A DNA stretch of 56,175 nucleotides from Candidatus Aenigmatarchaeota archaeon. GTDB taxonomy: Archaea; Aenigmatarchaeota; Aenigmatarchaeia; GW2011-AR5; JACRMX01. The notes under the pieces are model-generated. The model did not search any database. It had not been told where the DNA came from and saw only the letters and a program-made list of their open reading frames with translations. The DNA lies in contig JAGVVW010000002.1 of NCBI GenBank assembly GCA_018304635.1, positions 1 to 56,175 on the forward strand, in the 5' to 3' direction. The translations under genes and the position numbers were made by a program. This document shows, piece after piece, positions 46,452-53,543 of this stretch; the first letter of the stretch is position 1, and every line of letters begins with the position of its first letter.

Positions 46452-47843
46452 TCAACCATTCAATTTATACAAATAAAGCGTTTCCGTACTATCCACAAAT
46501 TCCAATGTAAGGTTATTTTTATCTGAGAGATAGAACTTGCAATCCGGTTTAATACCTAGTAATGGTTTTTGTTTTGCCAGAAAAGATATTTTCTGATATG
46601 TTCCGAAACCGGAAATATCTCTGTCTGTACATAATGTTCCATTCACTTTTTCAAGTATTTGTTCAGTATCTATCTCTTCACTATAAGCATTAACTATTCT
46701 CGGTATTGAGAATTCTGGAGCACTCAATCTGAAATGCTTGTCAACTATAATCAATGGACTTGCTGAACTGACAGATATAAGAGAAACTACCAGAACTACT
46801 GGAAATATGCTGAAATTTTTAATTCTGATTTTTCTTGTTTCATATATTCCAATAGAAACAAATATGAGCAAGAATGGTTCAAGCATGACATTGTAGCGCT
46901 CGTCATGAAGTGGTGTCATTAAGAGCCCTAAAAAAATTATTAATATAGATATCAAAATAAGTGATTTGTTTTTATTCCATGACTTCAGAAACAGGTACAG
47001 TCCGCATATCAGAAATAACGAAATTAGAACAGACAACTGATATAAAAACATTAAAGGATAGAAGAACACACCACCAAAAGATGTTATCACACTCCAGACA
47101 TATCCTTGTTGAGAAACTCCCTGAAAATAAACAGGGGTATCAAAAGAATTGCCTATCATTTGTTTTTGTAATGCAGAAAACGGTGATCCAAGAGTCAGCT
47201 GATTATAAACCAGCCACGGTGTTAGTATAAGAATAAATAAAAGAAATGCCAGCCAAATATTCCTATTTTTTAGCCATGAAAATTTTTCAGTATAGAACAA
47301 ATATATTACAAAAACCGGGATAATGAAAATCATAAAATATTTCATGAGAAACGCAAGACCCAAAACAATTCCCGAAAGCCAGTAGTATTTCCCGGATTCT
47401 CTGCCCTTAATAAAAAGATATGTACATAAAATCATCAATGATGCCACAGGCACATCACTAAGCATCTGGTTGGAATACCACCAGAAATGCCAGTTCAATG
47501 CAAGAAGCAGTGAAGCTATCAGGGCTATTTTTTCACCGAAAAATTTTCTTGTAAGTAAAAACAAGGATATTATTCCTAATATTCCGAATATCGGAACAAC
47601 CAATTTTACAATTCTCCAGTCAGTACTTATTCTAAAAAGGATAGAATAAATAGCAGGAAGAAGTGGGGGCCTGTAATCCAGTTCAGTAGATGTTTCATAG
47701 CCAGCCATTGACAAACCAGTTGTAAGGTATGAAAACTCATCAGGATAATAATCATACGGAGATGAATAATACCCAATCATCAATTTAATTGCGATGATAA
47801 AGAGAAAGATTATCAAAATGTAATGTTTTCGCATATCAAACAT
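46452..47843 (-). CDS. GT-C glycosyltransferase, ArnT/PMT_2 (GT39/83-like), second paralogue
   Basis: The first loop reads YYSSPYDYYPDEFSYLTTGLSMAG (DE motif), then RPPLLPAIY and many TM segments. Confidence 0.7.
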   Translation of the reverse strand: MFDMRKHYILIIFLFIIAIKLMIGYYSSPYDYYPDEFSYLTTGLSMAGYETSTELDYRPPLLPAIYSILFRISTDWRIVKLVVPIFGILGIISLFLLTRKFFGEKIALIASLLLALNWHFWWYSNQMLSDVPVASLMILCTYLFIKGRESGKYYWLSGIVLGLAFLMKYFMIFIIPVFVIYLFYTEKFSWLKNRNIWLAFLLFILILTPWLVYNQLTLGSPFSALQKQMIGNSFDTPVYFQGVSQQGYVWSVITSFGGVFFYPLMFLYQLSVLISLFLICGLYLFLKSWNKNKSLILISILIIFLGLLMTPLHDERYNVMLEPFLLIFVSIGIYETRKIRIKNFSIFPVVLVVSLISVSSASPLIIVDKHFRLSAPEFSIPRIVNAYSEEIDTEQILEKVNGTLCTDRDISGFGTYQKISFLAKQKPLLGIKPDCKFYLSDKNNLTLEFVDSTETLYLYKLNG

Positions 47844-47925
47844 ACATATAATTACATAGTTTATTTTTATATGGATGCAATCTATGTCTTATATTTTCCA
47901 ATAAGTTTTAAAATAGTGGACTTTA

Positions 47926-49086
47926 TCATGTATAGCTCTGTAAAAGAACTGTTCCAAAGGTAATGCTGTCAATAATAACAAATAGTATAAATAATGAAAT
48001 CATCCATTTATTTTTTTCTGCAACTGTTCTGGAAGCCAGAATAATCAAAGGAAATTCAATGAAATAAAGCCATCTGTCAGCAAGACCAATGAAAAATATC
48101 CCGATTGTTGTTAGTATCAAAGAAGATAATAAAAATATCATATCAAACGATTTCCATTCCCTGGTTTTTATGTTAGTTATTATCATGGGTAATGAAAACA
48201 AAAATATTGTCTGCGTCCATATGATAACTCTTACAAGCTCTGGTGTGTTTGTATACGGGTTCATATAATCCGTTATCATGCCTTCATAAGTGTATAGCGA
48301 TGGCAATGCCCAGATAACTAATGGTATGCATGAAATAAACACCAATAGAATAAATTTTTTAATATCTGACACATTTCGTTGTAAAATATAATATATTAAT
48401 CCAGTCAACACGAACAATGTAAATGTCATGATATGCGACAATGCGAGCAGTGAAATAGAAACAACAGTCAGAACTGTGATTCTCTTTGTTTTATTGGTTA
48501 TAAAACATAAAGATGTTAACAGGAAAAAATTAGCAATTACATTTCTGAATAAATCCGCTGAAAATCTTAATTGAAGTGGTGCTAAAGTCAGAATAATTGT
48601 TGCAATAACTGCAACATTGCGGCCAAAAAATCTCTGCGCTAAAAAAAAGAAAGGTATGACAGTCAGTGCTGATATCAAGGGAACTAATATATAGACAATC
48701 TGGATTGATCCAAAAACCTGTGAAAATGGCTTTGAAATCCAGAAAAACAGCGGCTCTAGAATTTTATCATTTTCAGTTGCAGACAGATAAAATGGAACAT
48801 CGTAACCAACTGGACCGCTGTGGTATAAAACCGTAAAAACGCGAAACAAAAATGATACTGCTATAATTATTAAAAAAAACCAGATCAATCGGATCTTGTC
48901 AAAATTAAAATTACTATGCTTCCTCAGCAGAAAATTTGCCAAAACCAGCAATAAACCAAATTCCAATAACCTGTAAGATCCCAGAGCATTGTTAGATATC
49001 AGTCTATACACTCCGATAAAAATAAATAAAACACCAACAATCCAGAAATATTTAATCAGACAATCATAGATTTTTCCAGTATTCAT
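47926..49086 (-). CDS. Polytopic membrane protein (GT-C-like or glycan polymerase-like), unknown function
   Basis: 386 aa and almost entirely hydrophobic segments. There is one loop, HSGPVGYDVPFYLSATENDKILEP, after TM3. No soluble domain is present. Confidence 0.45.
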   Translation of the reverse strand: MNTGKIYDCLIKYFWIVGVLFIFIGVYRLISNNALGSYRLLEFGLLLVLANFLLRKHSNFNFDKIRLIWFFLIIIAVSFLFRVFTVLYHSGPVGYDVPFYLSATENDKILEPLFFWISKPFSQVFGSIQIVYILVPLISALTVIPFFFLAQRFFGRNVAVIATIILTLAPLQLRFSADLFRNVIANFFLLTSLCFITNKTKRITVLTVVSISLLALSHIMTFTLFVLTGLIYYILQRNVSDIKKFILLVFISCIPLVIWALPSLYTYEGMITDYMNPYTNTPELVRVIIWTQTIFLFSLPMIITNIKTREWKSFDMIFLLSSLILTTIGIFFIGLADRWLYFIEFPLIILASRTVAEKNKWMISLFILFVIIDSITFGTVLLQSYT

Positions 49087-49349
49087 ATCTGAATTATCAT
49101 TTTAAAAGTTATAAAACAGCCTTTTTGGAGATTTATGTTTATGAAATTTTCATTTATTATCTACCAAAAATCCTGGGGAAAATATTACACATCCTTTTAT
49201 GTAAATGGGGAACATATACATAACCTTTTTGCAGAATCCGTCACTTTCTTCTTCTCGCTTTCTTTTGCTTCTTCACATCTCCTGCATTCTGACCTGTTGA
49301 TTTCAAAATCTGTAGATGAAATTTAAAATTATATAAAACGAACTAACCT

Positions 49350-50963
49350 TTACTTTCTCTTCTTTTTTCGAGCAGCCTTCTTCACAGCTTCCTGCTTTGC
49401 CTTTTCAACCCTTTCCTCAATCTTCTTTGGCTTTGGCTCCCATGGTTTGAAGTAGAGCAATGCTATGACAATTACTACTATTATCAATATAACCCACAGC
49501 CACGTATAGTTAACTTCTTCTATCGGTTCTGTACCTTTTATTGTAGTTGTCGTTGTCCCTGCCTCAGCTGCTGTAACTTTTCCTGTTATCAGTGACTGAG
49601 ATTCAATTGATGTTAATTTACCTTTTACCTGATATGACATGTCTTTAGTCTGGCCAGCTGACACTGAATCAAATGTCCATTGAACAACTGGATCAGCTTG
49701 TAGTACAGTCGGCTGTTCACCTATGAATGTTATAAGGTTTGCATTGCCTGCAACTGTCTTTGGTATTACTTCTATAATCTGAACATCCTTCATATTGCGG
49801 TCAGCTGTAAAGGAAATTGTAACTACTGAAACACTTACTTTTTTCCCGGTTGTTTTTGATGTGATATCATATACTTCTAATTTCTTGGTTGCTGTTATAG
49901 AAGTTAGTTCATTGGATTCAAGAGCACTCTTTAATTCTCTCAGTGTCTGAAGAACCGTATCATCTGTTGCACTTGCTATTATTGAATCCAGCATACTTGT
50001 TGTTACTGTACTTGAAGATGTTAGAGTTGCTGTCTTTTCAACATCTACATCTGCACTTGATAACAATTCCATACCTAAATCAGCAGGATTTATGGATTTC
50101 AGTAATTTCTCTATTAAAGGTATATCTACAATCTTTAGGGTTGTTGTTGGTGATGTTTCATCACCACCGCTGCCTCCATCTATAACACTGCTGCCGCCAA
50201 CACCTGACAATGTAGTTGTTGTCGAAGCTGTTGTAGTTGTTGTCGAAGACTGAGTAAGTGTGAACGAAGCGGTGCTTATTAATGTATCAGACAGTGAATC
50301 AGCATCGCTACTGTCAGGCATTGTAACTTTAAAAACAGATTTATATGTTCCTGTTGACCATGTACTCGGAACAGTCATCAATATAGTGAATTTCATAGAA
50401 ACATCGCCAACAGAATAACTATAAGCTTCTGCTGTCTCATTCCATTCATAGCCACTATAACCATAACCATTGCCATCATCTCCAAACAATGTATTATCAT
50501 AAGCACTTGACCAATAATATCCATCATAGCCATGATCAAATGAATCAGTTGCATTTGCAAGATAAGCAACATAACCATAAGCATAACCAAAGCCAAATGA
50601 AGTACTGCGTGTCATATTCACAACAAGGCTTACTGTATTATTACTAGAATCAGTACAGTTAACTTGGTTATTCAAATAACCAGCACTGTTTATCGGTATT
50701 AAACAATTATTGATATTAGTCGAACCCTGAATTGTTAATGTCAGATTTTTAATAGGAACATGTTCTCCGTTTGCAATTGAAATGTTAGCTGTTATCAATA
50801 CTGTCTCGCCTGGTTCATAATATCCATCGCCATCGCCATCATTTGCTGTAGCTGTCATTACTATATTTAATGCAGAAACAGGACCTGAAACTATCAGTAA
50901 AGTAAATACAATCAATGCACAAAAGATGCCTATGAGTTTTTTGAGGCGATTATCCAATTTCAT
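49350..50963 (-). CDS. Secreted, C-terminally membrane-anchored surface protein (candidate S-layer/surface glycoprotein)
   Basis: N-terminal signal/anchor KKLIGIFCALIVFTLLIVSGPVSA, an aromatic/Gly-rich segment (GFGYAYGYVAY...GNGYGYSGYEW) and Thr/Ser-rich linkers (QSSTTTTTASTTTT). It ends in a C-terminal TM helix WLWVILIIVVIVIALLYF and a Lys-rich tail. It carries at least seven N-x-S/T sequons. Confidence 0.65.
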   Translation of the reverse strand: MKLDNRLKKLIGIFCALIVFTLLIVSGPVSALNIVMTATANDGDGDGYYEPGETVLITANISIANGEHVPIKNLTLTIQGSTNINNCLIPINSAGYLNNQVNCTDSSNNTVSLVVNMTRSTSFGFGYAYGYVAYLANATDSFDHGYDGYYWSSAYDNTLFGDDGNGYGYSGYEWNETAEAYSYSVGDVSMKFTILMTVPSTWSTGTYKSVFKVTMPDSSDADSLSDTLISTASFTLTQSSTTTTTASTTTTLSGVGGSSVIDGGSGGDETSPTTTLKIVDIPLIEKLLKSINPADLGMELLSSADVDVEKTATLTSSSTVTTSMLDSIIASATDDTVLQTLRELKSALESNELTSITATKKLEVYDITSKTTGKKVSVSVVTISFTADRNMKDVQIIEVIPKTVAGNANLITFIGEQPTVLQADPVVQWTFDSVSAGQTKDMSYQVKGKLTSIESQSLITGKVTAAEAGTTTTTIKGTEPIEEVNYTWLWVILIIVVIVIALLYFKPWEPKPKKIEERVEKAKQEAVKKAARKKKRK

Positions 50964-51029
50964 AATTCTAACTCCTTACAATATTTATCTTTCCAAGAGT
51001 ATATAAACTTTTCTGTGTAAAAATATTCA

Positions 51030-51551
51030 ATGAAAATATTTGATTTTGAAATGCACTTTGCTTATATTTTGATATTTCTTCTGATATTAGCCATAGGAAG
51101 CGCATTTCTCGGATTAATATTTGCACAAGCTATACTTGGTAGTATTTATGTCTTGTTTGTTCCTGGATTTTTTATAACTTATGCCATGTTCCCGAAAAAA
51201 GAAATTGATAAATTAGAAAGAATCATACTTTCCATTGCACTCAGCATTTCAATTGTACCCGTAATAATACTCATGACAAATATAATGTTCGAATTTCTCA
51301 TACGCATAACTACTATATTCCTATATATTGCAATAATTTCATCCATAAGTTTATTCGTTTATTTTCACAGAACTGACAAAAATCTGAACAGTGTCATATC
51401 ACTTGCAGCAGCATTATTTATGACACTTGTTATAATATTCCTGTCAGAACAGATTTTACATATAAGATTTTTCATTGCAATAGCAGGAACAATTGCATTT
51501 TTCACATGGATGTTTTTCATGAGACATAAAAAACATACGAAGGGAAAGTAG
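51030..51551 (+). CDS. Small polytopic membrane protein, DUF1616-like N-terminal module
   Basis: 173 aa with about 5 TM segments. GSIYVLFVPGFFITYAMFPKKEIDKLERIILSIALSISIVPVIIL resembles the conserved N-terminal membrane part of archaeal DUF1616 proteins. It lacks their large extracellular domain. Confidence 0.45.
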   Translation: MKIFDFEMHFAYILIFLLILAIGSAFLGLIFAQAILGSIYVLFVPGFFITYAMFPKKEIDKLERIILSIALSISIVPVIILMTNIMFEFLIRITTIFLYIAIISSISLFVYFHRTDKNLNSVISLAAALFMTLVIIFLSEQILHIRFFIAIAGTIAFFTWMFFMRHKKHTKGK

Positions 51552-51582
51552 AACGAGGTATTTTTTCTTTTGGCAACTCACA

Positions 51583-51606
51583 TTTTCTTTTTTACAAAAA
51601 AGAAAA
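51583..51606. terminator. Perfect 11-bp A/T palindrome between two plus-strand membrane-protein genes
   Basis: ttttctttttt-ac-aaaaaagaaaa lies about 30 nt after the stop at 51551 and is T-rich on the coding strand. Confidence 0.3.
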
Positions 51607-51622
51607 GGCAGAAAGAAAGGGT

Positions 51623-53077
51623 GTGAACATGATTAAAAAATTTTTTGTCAGGCATCATATAGAAATATTTTTGATTCTGATAATTACTTCTATTTTTCTT
51701 CTGAATTTTGGGTTATATCATTATGACTACAGGTTCCCTCTTCATGCAGATGATTGGATACATATCTCGGTTGCAAATGACGTAACAACCGGCAGGACAA
51801 TAAATGAACTTGACCCCTATTTCAATGAAAATATAATGTTTTATCCTCGCGGATTTCATGTAATGTTGGCTGAAATTTCAAAAATGTCAGGCCTTGACAT
51901 GGTTGATATCGCAAGGTTTTTCCCGGCTGTTTTTCAGTCTATACTTGCATTAAGTATATTTTTACTGCTGAAGAAAATAGTTCATCCTTATGCTGGTTTG
52001 TTCGGCGCATTTGCCGTAATTACTTTGCGTACACATCCGACAATTCTCGGGCCTGCTCTTCTTGTTCCATTAAACTTTGGCTTGATTTTAGTTCCAGTAA
52101 TGTTATACTTTTTTATACGGGGATATGAAACCAAGAAGCCAGTGTGGTTTTTTCTCGGAATGAGTATATGGTTCGTTATTTTCAGTTTTCATTTTTCATC
52201 ATTTATAATAACGACATTTATTGGAGTAATAAGTCTGACGGAAATAGCTTTTTTAAAAGAAAGAATGAAAGCTATGAAAGCTATATTAATAAGCGGTGTT
52301 GCATTCGCAGTTTTGATGGCATTGTTTATGATTCGTTTTTACAAGACTGATATAATTAAGACGATTACAGGTCTCGTACAAAGCAGCGGTTCAATCATAA
52401 TATCGCCATTCTCTCCGTTATTTCTTGTAAACTATCTAATAGCTGGTTTTGCATTAATCGGGTTGATTTATTTATTAACACGATATAAAGTAGGCCATGT
52501 TACAATTTTAGGATGGACTATATTTATTTTCTTCGATCTCTATTTATTTTTCCAGAGCGGTGGAACATTTATTTCCTATGAACGCAGCGTGTTTTACGCT
52601 ACAGAGGTTTTAATTATTTTGGGAGCAATCGGATTATACTATGTTGCAGATTTTTTCAGAACATACCCAAAGGGTCTGAAGTATATACCTATAATCATAT
52701 TTTGCAGTGTTCTATTACTGTCGTTTTATGTAAATGTATATGAAGGCAGAACATATATTTATCACCTGATATCAGAAGAACAATTTCAGACATACAAATG
52801 GCTTGGCGAAAATTATGGCGGATCAAAGTTTCTTACTAATCACCTGCATTCGCTTTCACTGCCTTATTTTCATTTAAAGCCGGTTCAGGTATCGCCAATG
52901 CATGCAGTGCCAACTGGTGCATTCAGCGAATTCGGCCAGGACTATTATACACGGGACGTCGATTATCTTTATGAAAAAATGAAAAAATATGATGCCACTT
53001 TGATATATGCTGTTGGCTTGGACCCTGAAAGATTTGAAAAAGTTTATGACAACCCGCCGATATACAGGATTAAGTGA
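51623..53077 (+). CDS. Polytopic membrane protein, GT-C-like (first-loop DD motif), unknown specificity
   Basis: 484 aa. The first loop reads YDYRFPLHADDWIHISVANDV, followed by more than 10 TM segments and a C-terminal soluble region of about 100 aa. The ORF-track start is GTG 51623, with ATG at 51629. Confidence 0.5.
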   Translation: MNMIKKFFVRHHIEIFLILIITSIFLLNFGLYHYDYRFPLHADDWIHISVANDVTTGRTINELDPYFNENIMFYPRGFHVMLAEISKMSGLDMVDIARFFPAVFQSILALSIFLLLKKIVHPYAGLFGAFAVITLRTHPTILGPALLVPLNFGLILVPVMLYFFIRGYETKKPVWFFLGMSIWFVIFSFHFSSFIITTFIGVISLTEIAFLKERMKAMKAILISGVAFAVLMALFMIRFYKTDIIKTITGLVQSSGSIIISPFSPLFLVNYLIAGFALIGLIYLLTRYKVGHVTILGWTIFIFFDLYLFFQSGGTFISYERSVFYATEVLIILGAIGLYYVADFFRTYPKGLKYIPIIIFCSVLLLSFYVNVYEGRTYIYHLISEEQFQTYKWLGENYGGSKFLTNHLHSLSLPYFHLKPVQVSPMHAVPTGAFSEFGQDYYTRDVDYLYEKMKKYDATLIYAVGLDPERFEKVYDNPPIYRIK

Positions 53078-53195
53078 TTAAAATAAGTAGAGGACCTTGA
53101 AAAACTCCTACCGAAGGGAAAGTAGAAAAAATTATGACAGCAAAAATTTTTCAGACGTCAGAGTTAACAATTTTCTCACATTTCTTAGAAATAAT

Positions 53196-53411
53196 TCACG
53201 ACGTCACGCTTTTTTCCACATCGCTCATGTCTTTTTCTATGCCAGCTATATCCTTGTTGATTTCAGATAATTTTTTCTGCGCCTCTTCCTGACTTTGAAT
53301 AGATGTTTTAATAGTAGTGGTTGGCTGGGAAATTTGTTGCTGTGTACATCCAGCTACCAAGACTAAAGAAAACAAAACAAACCCGACCAAAACCAAACCC
53401 GAAACTTTCAT
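53196..53411 (-). CDS. Small lipobox-containing secreted protein
   Basis: The 71-aa protein begins MKVSGLVLVGFVLFSLVLVAGCTQQQ, a signal peptide with an L-V-A-G-C lipobox. The remainder is a hydrophilic, probably helical region. Confidence 0.55.
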   Translation of the reverse strand: MKVSGLVLVGFVLFSLVLVAGCTQQQISQPTTTIKTSIQSQEEAQKKLSEINKDIAGIEKDMSDVEKSVTS

Positions 53412-53458
53412 ATATACCTTCTCTTTAATTTTAAATTATTTTTCCCATCTTTTAAATT

Positions 53459-53508
53459 ATATCTCTCCTTCTATTTAATTGTTATATCTCTCCTTCTATT
53501 TAATTGTT
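53459..53508. repeat. 25-nt tandem repeat x2 (plus a partial third copy at 53531-53543)
   Basis: atatctctccttctatttaattgtt occurs at 53459-53483 and 53484-53508, exact. On the minus strand each unit contains AGAAGGAGAG (Shine-Dalgarno-like). actctccttctat recurs directly after the stop of the Cys-rich gene. Confidence 0.85.
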
Positions 53509-53543
53509 ATAGTTGCCATATTTAATAATTACTCTCCTTCTAT

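Noticed and set aside
51538-51553. The exact 16-mer cgaagggaaagtagaa recurs at ~53113-53128, near the 3' ends of two plus-strand membrane-protein genes.
   Set aside because: A single 16-nt match within 56 kb of compositionally biased sequence is roughly what chance predicts. The first copy is coding (HTKGK*). There is no supporting structure or further copies.
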